IMG/VR virus record: IMGVR_UViG_3300024518_000034
Coordinates: 1 to 64,000 of that record
DNA length: 64,000 nt
Origin: a virus
Direction: 5' to 3' (one strand)
The translations under genes were made by a program, and so were the position numbers. Below the pieces are notes generated by a model that saw nothing but the letters and a program-made list of their open reading frames with translations, had not been told where the DNA came from and made no database searches. Shown here piece by piece: positions 25,652 to 34,786 of the stretch. Position 1 is the stretch's first letter, and each line of letters begins with the position of its first letter.

Positions 25652-26199
25652 ATGAATAAAATCGGACTAGTTCTTGGGGGAGGCGGTTTTAGTGATACTT
25701 TTTCAGTGGGTGCAATCTATAGGCTCACTTCGCAGTATAACCTCTCATTCGATTACATCTCTGGTACATCAACTGGTGCCCTAATGGCTACGTTCTAGCC
25801 TCTGCATCTATCCCAGTACTCATGGACCCTGTAGAAATTGACGACGATCTGTATGTTGATGGTGGGCTGGTAGAGAACATCCCAGTTAACCCCCTACTAG
25901 ATAAGGACTTAGATACCATCATCGTTATTACCAATAACCCTTTGGAAACGGCTCATTTGGAAGAAAATCCCTCTGGCGTGAAGGATATTCTTCTAAGAAC
26001 GATAGACGTAATGCTTAGCGAAATTACGCGAAATGACGTTCCAGACAAGTGCGCAATGGCTGGTAAAAAATTAATTACAATATCTCCAGACGAATATCTT
26101 GGAGATTCGCTAGATTTTGATTCCGAGAAAATGGAAAAGATTTGGCTTGCAGGATTCGACAAGTGTGGTATAGTAATGGGTAATGAAGAAGACAACTGA
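25652..26199 (+). pseudogene. Patatin-like phospholipase with internal deletion and frameshift
   Basis: MNKIGLVLGGGG...GTSTGALMATF-stop, then in another frame LASASIPVLMDPV...YVDGGL. Confidence 0.8.
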
Positions 26200-26227
26200 A
26201 GAAAGATTTATACAGAAAGGAAACACA

Positions 26228-26452
26228 ATGACTGATAATGACGAAGCTGAGTTTATTCTTAATTGGATTCTCAGCAATAAGGGAAAGGTCGAGAAGCGTA
26301 TCAATGGTGCCCTGAAAGATGCCATCCACGCGCACAGCGACATAACCAAGAAGAATCTTTGCTCAGCTAGCAAAAGAGTGTGGGGCGCTTTTAAGAGTTT
26401 AATCAAAGAACTACAAGCAGAATGCCGAAAACAACAACAAGTCAATAGTTAA
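26228..26452 (+). CDS. Conserved phage hypothetical protein (INGALKDAIHAH.DIT...SASKR)
   Basis: AAGGA SD; ORF track. Confidence 0.65.
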   Translation: MTDNDEAEFILNWILSNKGKVEKRINGALKDAIHAHSDITKKNLCSASKRVWGAFKSLIKELQAECRKQQQVNS

Positions 26453-26463
26453 GGAGTTTAACC

Positions 26464-26790
26464 ATGTCATACGACCAGAAGTGCTATTGGTGTATTGGAC
26501 ATTCGGGAAGCAACCAGGAAGACGACGTATATTTGTGGGTCTTCACTGAAGGACAATTGATAGTTAAAAAATCAAGAAATCTAGACTATGACAACCACGG
26601 AACAATGTTTGAAGGACATGATTGGGACTTTAGAGGCAGATATGATTCTTTTAAAAAGAAATCTAGCTTATCAGCATGCAATCGCATGAAACATCTCGCT
26701 CGTAGAGAACGCGCTAAAGAGTTTGTAACAAAAAAGCTTTACAGACGATTCCCAGAACTAATTGAAGTAGTAGATTTCTGCTACTGGTAA
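26464..26790 (+). CDS. Hypothetical protein, tandem paralog 1
   Basis: IGH...LWVF...H...W.F.GRYD...KKL..RFPE shared with the next gene. Confidence 0.75.
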   Translation: MSYDQKCYWCIGHSGSNQEDDVYLWVFTEGQLIVKKSRNLDYDNHGTMFEGHDWDFRGRYDSFKKKSSLSACNRMKHLARRERAKEFVTKKLYRRFPELIEVVDFCYW

Positions 26791-26804
26791 AAATATTACA
26801 CTTT

Positions 26805-27116
26805 ATGAGTAAGGATAAATATAGTATGTATACCGACATTGGGCACGATCTAGGCGAAATATCTACTTTGTGGATATTTAGAGATGGAAAAATAGAAGCA
26901 TCTTCCATTATCAACAGCGATTGGGTAGCTCACGACACGATTTTCAATGAGGATGATGGTAAGTGGGAAGTTTCAGGGAGATATGATCCTAAAAAATTGA
27001 TTATTTCTATGGCTGGCGCATTTGCTTTTGGCTGGTCAACAAGAAGAGCAGACTATGTAAAGAAAAAACTCTGGAAGAGGTTTCCAGAGGCACTTAAAAT
27101 TGAAGAATTCAAATAG
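26805..27116 (+). CDS. Hypothetical protein, tandem paralog 2
   Basis: Same motif pattern as 26464. Confidence 0.75.
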   Translation: MSKDKYSMYTDIGHDLGEISTLWIFRDGKIEASSIINSDWVAHDTIFNEDDGKWEVSGRYDPKKLIISMAGAFAFGWSTRRADYVKKKLWKRFPEALKIEEFK

Positions 27117-27124
27117 GGGGAAGT

Positions 27125-27352
27125 ATGGAAGACGTAACAATTTATGAAGCAGCACAAGACGCATCTAAAAATCCTAAAAAAGTAGAGGCGGCAATTAAGC
27201 AATATAATAGGTACTACGAAGAATTAGAAAATATGGAAGAAGACGAACGCGAAGGGGTAAAGGCAAAGAAACTTGAAGAGATCATGGATATTTGCTGGTT
27301 CGTAGTCACATATGCCGAAAAGGGTAGTCAGCTTCGCGGCGATAGAAAATAA
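27125..27352 (+). CDS. Hypothetical protein (75 aa)
   Basis: GGGG SD; ORF track. Confidence 0.6.
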   Translation: MEDVTIYEAAQDASKNPKKVEAAIKQYNRYYEELENMEEDEREGVKAKKLEEIMDICWFVVTYAEKGSQLRGDRK

Positions 27353-27359
27353 TAAAATA

Positions 27360-27444
27360 GGAAGCACAATCCGATTGGCGATGGAAACGTCCTGCTAAGG
27401 CGTCGAGAGTAACATCCTTGGGGGTTCGACTCCCCCTGCTTCCG
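27360..27444 (+). tRNA. tRNA-Ser(GCT)
   Basis: GGAAGCA/TGCTTCC acceptor; ACGTC-CTGCTAA-GGCGT anticodon arm; long variable arm; GGTTCGACTCC. Confidence 0.9.
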
Positions 27445-27449
27445 TTATC

Positions 27450-27524
27450 TTATCTGTAGCTCAATGGTAGAGCGTCGGCCTGTTAAGTCGATGGTCACCG
27501 GTTCGATTCCGGTCGGGTAAGCCA
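27450..27524 (+). tRNA. tRNA-Asn(GTT)
   Basis: TAGCTCAATGGTAGAGC D arm; TCGGC-CTGTTAA-GTCGA; ACCGG-TTCGATT-CCGGT; encoded CCA. Confidence 0.95.
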
Positions 27525-27554
27525 CACACAAATCACAAAAGAAAGGGTAATAAA

Positions 27555-27737
27555 ATGAAAAAACGATTTTGTTCAAGTGTAACCTGCGGAAACAGGCGAA
27601 TTCATTACGAAGGTGATACTCTCAGAGGAACACCAAGAGTTATAGAGGTGCCTGATGACTTCAAAAAAGATAGAGTAGTATATTGTTCAATAGAATGCTT
27701 TAATTATGATAAGGTAGAAAGCAAGCAAGATGAATAG
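27555..27737 (+). CDS. Small Cys-containing protein
   Basis: CSSVTC...YCSIEC. Confidence 0.6.
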   Translation: MKKRFCSSVTCGNRRIHYEGDTLRGTPRVIEVPDDFKKDRVVYCSIECFNYDKVESKQDE

Positions 27738-27999
27738 TTATGAAAGAGTAGAAATCATTAGAGACGGCAGAGCGTGGATGTGGAACGATTCTCAGCGCCC
27801 TATGTTGTTAGGAATTAAAAATAAAGAAGGCGATAGAATAAAAGTTTGGTGTCCTTATTGTGTTAAATGGAATTATCATGGGTGGAACCCAGGAGTTACT
27901 AAAGATTTAATGTGGTATCGCACTGCTCATTGTGATAGTTCTTGTCCTTTTTCTAAAAGCGGATATTTTATTGCTTTCGAGGAGAGTTATGATTTCTAA
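27730..27999 (+). CDS. Hypothetical protein with CxxC/H...H.C motif
   Basis: WCPYCVKWNYHG...RTAHC. Confidence 0.65.
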   Translation: MNSYERVEIIRDGRAWMWNDSQRPMLLGIKNKEGDRIKVWCPYCVKWNYHGWNPGVTKDLMWYRTAHCDSSCPFSKSGYFIAFEESYDF

Positions 28000-28177
28000 A
28001 AAAGAACTTGTTGCAATCTTGGAGCAGAAGTGCTATTGTCCTACTGACATCAAAGATTGGTTGAGCCGTTCAAACCCTTTTTTTAAGGACAGAACACCGC
28101 TTCAAATGATAAAAGACAAAGACACTGGTGACATTGAGCAGTTCATTAAAAAATTAAAGGACGGGCCGTACAAATAA
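27989..28177 (+). CDS. Stand-alone Xre/MbcA/ParS antitoxin C-terminal (DUF2384-like) domain
   Basis: IKDWLSRSNPFFKDRTPLQMIKD...IEQFIKKLKDGPY fits WLxxPNxxLxxxTPLxLL...LxxG.Y. Confidence 0.6.
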   Translation: MISKKELVAILEQKCYCPTDIKDWLSRSNPFFKDRTPLQMIKDKDTGDIEQFIKKLKDGPYK

Positions 28178-28345
28178 GGAAGTGGGAATGGGAAGAACAG
28201 CAAATACTAAATGCGATGTATGTGAAACACCAATATGGGTGATATATCAACCAGGATATCTTTACATTCATAGTTGGTTAATAGGTGTCATCTGGCAGTT
28301 TATCACAGAGTATAAAAACGATAAACATTTAGTAGGTTAAAATTT

Positions 28346-28415
28346 ACACCACTCTGTGGATTCAGGGTTTACCCCTACGAAGGGTATAAGCTAGGTTCGA
28401 TTCCTAGGTGGTGTA
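28346..28415 (+). tRNA. tRNA-Arg(ACG), short atypical D arm
   Basis: ACACCAC/GTGGTGT; TACCC-CTACGAA-GGGTA; CTAGG-TTCGATT-CCTAG. Confidence 0.8.
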
Positions 28416-28425
28416 TTAGGCAACG

Positions 28426-28505
28426 TGAATCGTAAGCGAAGCGCACGACGCTGGGACAGTAAGACTGATGCGGTCTGGTAACTGGTTCGAATCCAGGCGA
28501 TTCAT
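28426..28505 (+). ncRNA. tRNA-like RNA with non-canonical anticodon arm
   Basis: TGAATCG/CGATTCA acceptor; AGCG/CGCT D stem; CTGG-TTCGAAT-CCAG; no clean 5-bp stem/7-nt loop anticodon arm. Confidence 0.65.
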
Positions 28506-28511
28506 TAGATA

Positions 28512-28637
28512 GACGTGGCAGTACGGCGATATGACGTACCATTCCCCACCTCTCAATGAGAGTGAAGCCGTCAGGGGTTAAAGCACGAGGGAAGACGGAA
28601 ATCCTATCGTGTAGTCGGGGCAGGGCCGGCCCATGTT
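28512..28637 (+). ncRNA. Structured RNA of unknown class (multi-arm junction)
   Basis: GACGTGG/CCATGTT closure; GTACG/CGTAC, CTCTC/GAGAG, CCCC/GGGG, CACGA/TCGTG stems; non-coding region. Confidence 0.45.
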
Positions 28638-28725
28638 ATCACTTGGACAGTTGTAGTAATAGCACTGTTCATTTTATCCTTCCTATGGAGAAGGTATGCA
28701 AAAGACGGCTTGTATGAACTACAGC

Positions 28726-28790
28726 AATCGTTGTAATCGTTAAAAGCGTTGTAATCGTAGAAGAATCGTTAAAAGCGTTAAGAATCGTAC
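28726..28790. repeat. Tandem ~9-bp degenerate repeats AA[TG]CGT
   Basis: About 7 copies: aatcgttgt aatcgttaa aagcgttgt aatcgtaga ... aatcgttaa aagcgttaa gaatcgtac. Confidence 0.7.
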
Positions 28791-28870
28791 ATATCGCACA
28801 ACTCTTCTCTATCCTTCCTATATTCTCTATCATCTGTATTACAGATAGTACAATAGTTGTATCTTCCTTC

Positions 28871-28899
28871 TTGACAAATCGTATAAGACATACTAGAAT
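28871..28899 (+). promoter_or_regulatory. Sigma70 promoter TTGACA-N17-TAGAAT
   Basis: Direct reading of the sequence. Confidence 0.75.
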
Positions 28900-28950
28900 T
28901 GGAGTATTAGAGTATACAAATCGATTAACTTCTTAATCGTCTTAAGTTTT

Positions 28951-31250
28951 ATGTCCAATGATTTAGAGATTTCAGAAAAGAGAAAAGCTATGAAATATAA
29001 AGTAAGAACAACGTGTTTGAAATTGAGAGGATGGTATTCGCGCCCGCTGCTTTTTAAGTGGGGAAATAGTAGCCTTGTAGAAGCCGAAGCGAAAGAAGAT
29101 TGCTACGATTCTGTAGAAGAAGCTAAAGATGAAGTGATTCAGATGAGAAAAGAGGGAGACTGTCAGGATCTTGTGATTGTGGGAGTCGAAGATGGGATAG
29201 TGAAAAGTTACTATCCAGATAAGTGGAGATTATAATGAAAAGCGAAGAAGAACTAACTTGGATAGAATTTGATGCGAGGGAAATATTGAGTAGGCAATCG
29301 TCAAGAAATGCTAATACAATTGTTGAACTCGTTGAAGAAATTAGGCGACTGAAGAATGAGAGTAAAGTGGGCGAGGCTCGTAAATTGCTTGAATGGGTTG
29401 ACGCTGATTCTAGAGATAGAGAGTTCACTGCTGGTGAGTGGCAAGATAGAGTTATGAAATGGCTGAATAGTAATGATTTCTAAACTAATTAAGTGGTGGA
29501 ACGATCCGTGTCGAAGGAGTAACCACTATTGGAAGACCTATGCCGCTGTACATATGAAGCCTATGGATTGGATTAATTCTCCTTATGGGTTTTATAGAAT
29601 CTGCAATAATTGCAATAAATCGGAAGGAATTGGAGAAAGGTATAAATAATGTATAGAATATGTCAACTAATTTGGGCGATCTTCATGGTCGGAATTATGA
29701 GCTATTTGGTAGGATGGAAGGACTGGAGTCTCTGGACGTTCTTCTTCTACGGAATTATCTGGTTTGCTGCTGCCGCAGTCATGTATGGAGGCGGCGAGTT
29801 GGATCTTACAAAAATTAAAACAGTTAGAAGGGAGGTAGTAGAATGAAAAAGAAACCTGGATGTCCAGAGTGCTATGGCGTGGGAGAAGAATTTTGCCAGT
29901 GTGGATATGGCCCAGACGCACTTTCACTAACTGAGGAAGATTTGGATAAAATGAAAGTTGAAGCCATTAGAGGTGCAAGTGGTGTAATAGGTCATTTCAT
30001 GAATGAATTTCCGGTGTCTCAACAATATATGTTAATTACTCAAGCTCGCCAAGCGATTAGGTTGGCTCAGCACATTAAGAAACTTGAAGAATCAAGAGAT
30101 AAAGCTTATACTATTGGAAGACATGATGGTATGAGAACAGCAGCAAGACTTGTATTTGTTCCATTTGAACACGCAAAGGTTCAGTGTGATAAAATAATTG
30201 AAGTTTTTAGAAAGGCTGGAGAATAACAATGTTAGAATTCTTTTTGATAGTTGGTGCATATCTTATTTTTAGAGCTATTTGTGTATTGGGAAACAAATGA
30301 AAGGGGTAAAGAAGAAATGCCTCTGTAGAGGTTGCAAGTTTTGGGAAGAGATGAATAAGAACAATATTACCGTCTGGCCATGGGGCTCTAACAACAGTTG
30401 GATCGCAGCCACCCCTGGACCAGACCCAAAAGCTAGAGGAAATGGATCAACTCCTATGAAAGCTGTGATTGATTGCTTAAAGAAAGTGAAGGAAAATGAC
30501 TAAACCTATTAGTCCAGATGAAGTAGACGATGAAAAGCTCAAGAATATACCAGATGAAGTTATAGAAACCATTAATGGTTTTATCGCCCAAGACTGGGAT
30601 GGAAGGATGGCAAAAATAAGCAATAGTACTTTGACGAGAGTACTTAAAGATAAATTGGGAAGTAGATTCCGCCATGATTGGTTAAAGTTTGAGACAATTT
30701 ATAGACAGGCAGGGTGGAAAGTAGTATGCGACAGGCCGGGATATAATGAATGTTACGATATGAACTGGACCTTTACAAAGGAGAAATAAAGTGAAAGATA
30801 AGAAGAAGTGTACGAGTAAGAAGATTGTTAAATCTTTTTTTATTAAAAGAGAAGTTCAGTGTGAAAAAGAAGAGAATCATGATGGGGAACACTATAAGGT
30901 AACGTTGTGCGGAGAACATAAGTGGACAACGGAGGTGGAAAGTGATAACTAAAGAAATGATAGAAACCATAGATGAGTATGGCGGAACGATGACGATTTC
31001 AAATATTGAAATAGCGGACGGAGATTTGTTAGCTGACGACGTGAGAGTTTATGCTGGAGATTCCGGTTGTCCTCACAAACACCCATATATAAAAGAAACA
31101 GGACATGGACTTACAGATGTTAATGTTTGTGTAACTGAAGACGAATTTGATACTTTGGAAAAGCAAGTTGAAGAAGCGGTTAGAAGATTTCTAGAAGAAC
31201 AGATGAAACCAGTTAACAGTCCAGTTAGTTGTTGTCCACCTTCAAAATAG
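28951..31250 (+). other. Operon of small hypothetical genes (28951-29235, 29223-29483, 29649-29846 membrane, 29843-30226, 30279-30503, 30496-30789, 30942-31250)
   Basis: Tightly packed, co-oriented ORFs with overlapping start/stop codons. Confidence 0.65.
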
Positions 31251-31253
31251 CCC

Positions 31254-31281
31254 TTGACAAGGGCTGTACTCGTGGTATACT
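31254..31281 (+). promoter_or_regulatory. Sigma70 promoter TTGACA-N16-TATACT (extended -10), -35 box inside palindrome CCCTTGACAAGGG
   Basis: Direct reading of the sequence. Confidence 0.7.
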
Positions 31282-31320
31282 AGTAGTTGATAAGTGAACA
31301 GTTTTCTTAAGGGGTTTAAC

Positions 31321-31674
31321 ATGTACGAACACAGAGAATATGCACCTACGTTGGAAGCATTGCAGGAAGGTGTTGAAGCTGCAATGGTTTATGAAGAAGG
31401 ACACGGGCACAGGTGGTCAGATGGAGCAAACCCATGTCCAGCGCTTAGAATGGCTGTAGTGGACAAGTTGATTTCTGAGGAAGATTGCCAAAAGATCATC
31501 GACCATGGAAGAGAAGGTCTTCCAATGGAGTTTTGTAGGGCACCTTCAACTGTGTCCTGGTATTTGATTGATGTAATGGAATATTTGGACAGAGTATTTG
31601 AGTGTGAAAAGTATCCATTTATCTTAAATAAGACTCCAGTAGAAGTCGCAGAGATTTTGACGAGAGAAATTTAG
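31321..31674 (+). CDS. Hypothetical protein
   Basis: AAGGGG SD, ATG 31321. Confidence 0.65.
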   Translation: MYEHREYAPTLEALQEGVEAAMVYEEGHGHRWSDGANPCPALRMAVVDKLISEEDCQKIIDHGREGLPMEFCRAPSTVSWYLIDVMEYLDRVFECEKYPFILNKTPVEVAEILTREI

Positions 31675-31789
31675 TGAATAAGAACACATTTTCTAGTGAT
31701 AACTATTTGGATGGATATATTGTGGGCTGTATTGTGGGGGTTTTGGCAGTCTGGGTATCTATCATAGCGTTAATTTTAACGGGGACAAT

Positions 31790-32218
31790 ATGGAAGGTAT
31801 TTATAAGATGACAATTACAGAGAAAAGAGAGAGAGTCGATAATTTATGGAAGTGGGTAATTGCTCTTAAGTCTGGAAAATATAAGCACATTAAAGATTTC
31901 CTAAGAACAAGTGAAGGATACGACTGTTTTGGTGTGGCTTGCGAAGTCTTCAAAGAAGAGGGAGACGAGTGGACTCTTGAGGAAGGTGAAATTGATTACC
32001 TTTTCGTTCCAAATGGCACAAAAGTCGGACTTGCATTTGGACCGCCAAGGAAAATAATGGAAAAATTGGGACTTTCTTTGGAAGATGAACAGTTCATAGT
32101 GGAAGTTAACGATAAGAATGATGATTTTATTGAAGTTGCAAAAACCATTGTCCATTTTTATGTTAAACCAGTTGAGATGTCAATTGGTGTATTTAATATG
32201 CAGTGCGAGGCGATATAG
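31790..32218 (+). CDS. Conserved phage hypothetical protein (W..AL.SGKY......L......DCFGV.C)
   Basis: Recognisable motif; ORF track. Confidence 0.65.
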   Translation: MEGIYKMTITEKRERVDNLWKWVIALKSGKYKHIKDFLRTSEGYDCFGVACEVFKEEGDEWTLEEGEIDYLFVPNGTKVGLAFGPPRKIMEKLGLSLEDEQFIVEVNDKNDDFIEVAKTIVHFYVKPVEMSIGVFNMQCEAI

Positions 32219-33213
32219 TGATAAATAATAAAGCTAAAGAAATTCTGGACGAGATGGATCTGTCAGGGTGTCCGTGGGTGAAAGATAATCTTATCTTTTT
32301 GACGCTCGCAGGATCCAGATCTTACGGGACGCACACGGAAACAAGCGATTACGACTATCGCGGAATCTGCATTCCTCCAACTGACTACTTTATCGGACTA
32401 AAATCTTTTGAACAAGCAGAGTGTCGCAGAACAGATACTACGATTTTTGGTATTAAGAAGTTTATCAAGCTTTTGATAGACTGCAATCCTAATATTGTTG
32501 AACTATTGTTCACAGATGAGGAAAACATTGTCTATAAACATCCAATTATGGATGTATTACTGAGAGATAAGGAGTTCTGGCTTTCTAAGAGAGCAAAAAA
32601 TACGTTTCTAGGGTACGCTACGTCTCAATTGAAGAGAATTGAGGGACATAAAAAGTGGATCGACAATCCTGTCGAAAAGCCCAAGCGTGGGACTTGGGGT
32701 ATTGCTATGGATAAGAGTAAAATAAACGCCCTAAGAATTTTTGCAAATCATGAATTGATAAACATGGGATTAACTGAACACTATGTAGAGGTATTGAGAG
32801 AAGAACAAAAATACCACACAGATCTGCAAAACTATAAAAATTATAAACAGTGGATGGACAATAGGAATGAGCATCGCGCCAAACTAGAAGCAAATGCGGG
32901 ATATGACACAAAACACGCTATGCATTTAGTAAGATTACTAAAGATGGCAAGGGAAATAGCTGATTGGAAAATTGTATTTGTAAAAAGACCAGATGTAGAT
33001 TTTTTAAACAACATAAGAAAAGGTATTTATTCTTATGAGTGGATAATAGAGTACGCTGAAGAGTTTGAAGATTTTGTAAAGAAGGCATTTGAAGAGTCGA
33101 ATCTTAAAGACAGAGTGGATGTAAACAAGGCTAGTAACATATTGTGGAATATGGTGATGAATTTTCACAGTATGAGTGTGGGGTTAGAGCCAGAGGGGGT
33201 CGTGGTCGTGTAG
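32203..33213 (+). CDS. Pol-beta-superfamily nucleotidyltransferase (RlaP/PF10127-like)
   Basis: LAGSRSYGT....SDYDYRGI; NPNIVELLF; YDTKHAMHLVRLL. Confidence 0.85.
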   Translation: MRGDIVINNKAKEILDEMDLSGCPWVKDNLIFLTLAGSRSYGTHTETSDYDYRGICIPPTDYFIGLKSFEQAECRRTDTTIFGIKKFIKLLIDCNPNIVELLFTDEENIVYKHPIMDVLLRDKEFWLSKRAKNTFLGYATSQLKRIEGHKKWIDNPVEKPKRGTWGIAMDKSKINALRIFANHELINMGLTEHYVEVLREEQKYHTDLQNYKNYKQWMDNRNEHRAKLEANAGYDTKHAMHLVRLLKMAREIADWKIVFVKRPDVDFLNNIRKGIYSYEWIIEYAEEFEDFVKKAFEESNLKDRVDVNKASNILWNMVMNFHSMSVGLEPEGVVVV

Positions 33214-33570
33214 GTGGATAGAATAGAGTTGACAATGACAGATCATATTTGTGATTTAGGAAGTAAATTTTTTGTGGTAGCTTGCGATGATGAGAGAAGA
33301 GGACATTGGTATCTTGAGGATTTAGATGGAGAGAACATGATAAATCCAATCACGTTTTGTCCTTTTTGCGGAAAGAATTTACATGATATGAATAAAATAG
33401 AATGTGAGATATGCGAAGGAAAGATAGAATTGAATGGAAAAGAGTGTGTCGCCTGTCAAGGAACAGGTTGGGAACAAGCTCCCGATCCTGAGGACGGAAT
33501 AGACGCACCAATCGTTCTTGGTTTTATGGAAAAACAAAAAGAAAGACAATTGGAGAAAAAAAATGAATGA
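33214..33570 (+). CDS. Zn-ribbon protein
   Basis: FCPFCG; CEICEG...CVACQGTG. Confidence 0.7.
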   Translation: MDRIELTMTDHICDLGSKFFVVACDDERRGHWYLEDLDGENMINPITFCPFCGKNLHDMNKIECEICEGKIELNGKECVACQGTGWEQAPDPEDGIDAPIVLGFMEKQKERQLEKKNE

Positions 33571-33705
33571 AAATACTAAAGAAAATTTAATCGGGGGTTC
33601 GATGATGGCAGGAATGGGAATACTATATTTAACACTTGTAGGTGTATCTATAGCTGTTCCAGTAATGATAGTAGTTTTGACACTTAGGTTTATGGGAGTA
33701 CTCTA

Positions 33706-33948
33706 ATGTTTGAGCAGGACCGAAAGGTAATGTTCGAACATCAAGGTAAAAAAAGATTTGGTATAGTTGCGGGAGTTTTTAGAAGAAACAACAATCACTT
33801 GTATATCGTTAAATTAGATAAAAAAATTAAAGATTACCCATACGAATGCGTAGGAGTATATGGACATGCTATTGTCCCAATGGAAGATGAAGATGCCAAA
33901 CTTGAGAGTTATGAAGTTGAAACTAGAAGAGGTGGATGTATTTCGTAA
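33706..33948 (+). CDS. Hypothetical protein
   Basis: ORF track. Confidence 0.6.
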   Translation: MFEQDRKVMFEHQGKKRFGIVAGVFRRNNNHLYIVKLDKKIKDYPYECVGVYGHAIVPMEDEDAKLESYEVETRRGGCIS

Positions 33949-34261
33949 CGTTTACATTTTAGCACTACTGATGTTGATGTTTAACGTGGCTGATTGGCAC
34001 TTAACGATGGCAGGCGTTGAGGCAGGGCTTTTGTATGAGAAAAACAAGTGGCTAGAAGAGACAATAGTAAAACACAGAAATTGGTTTCAACTTCTGGGTC
34101 TGAAAACTTTCATTTGTGGACTTATCATCGGTGGATTGATTTTTAGCCAAAAAGCTAGAGAAAGTATGTGGGTAAAAAGAGGATTGTTTATAGGGTGCGC
34201 GATTTATTTGTTGGTGGTTTCATGGAGTTTGCTGATATATAATATAGGAAAGTATATGTAG
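33932..34261 (+). CDS. DUF5658-like membrane protein
   Basis: FNVADWHLT...G..EKN plus three hydrophobic segments. Confidence 0.6.
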   Translation: MDVFRNVYILALLMLMFNVADWHLTMAGVEAGLLYEKNKWLEETIVKHRNWFQLLGLKTFICGLIIGGLIFSQKARESMWVKRGLFIGCAIYLLVVSWSLLIYNIGKYM

Positions 34262-34270
34262 ATAGTGTAA

Positions 34271-34407
34271 ATGGGTCGAAAAAAATATAAAATAAATGAA
34301 GATGTATTTGCTTTCATTGATAATGAAGAAAAAGCTTATTGGTTAGGGTTAAGGATGCTACAATATTTTTAGATAGAAAAAAAGAATTGTTTGATTCTTT
34401 AAAATAG
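34271..34407 (+). pseudogene. LAGLIDADG homing endonuclease remnant (N- and C-termini joined by deletion)
   Basis: MGRKKYKINEDVFAFIDNEEKAYWLG, then in a shifted frame KDATIFLDRKKELF-stop. Confidence 0.65.
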
Positions 34408-34420
34408 AAAGAAAGTATCT

Positions 34421-34786
34421 ATGAAAACATGTACAGATTGTGGCTTTGACTGGCTTCCAGATCTTGAATCACTAAAATCAGATGATTGTCCAAGATGTAA
34501 GTGGAAAGAAAACATGGACTTACTTGATCAAAGTGAATGGGAAGGCGGCATGGAATTGGTCATTCAAAACAATATACAACTGCAAGCGCAGATAAATCAG
34601 ATCAGAAGAAATAATGAAGCAGCTATGGACATTCTGCAAACCTATGGTAACATAGAGGGTAGTGATCATAGGATGTGGGTGATAGATCAGACGTTAAGGG
34701 CCTTAATGGGCGACGATAAATATAAAAACTTTAGAGAAGAATTGTCCGAAGTTGGATATTCTTGGGAAGAAGGTATTGCACCGTGA
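34421..34786 (+). CDS. Hypothetical protein with N-terminal CxxC...CxxC
   Basis: ORF track. Confidence 0.7.
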   Translation: MKTCTDCGFDWLPDLESLKSDDCPRCKWKENMDLLDQSEWEGGMELVIQNNIQLQAQINQIRRNNEAAMDILQTYGNIEGSDHRMWVIDQTLRALMGDDKYKNFREELSEVGYSWEEGIAP

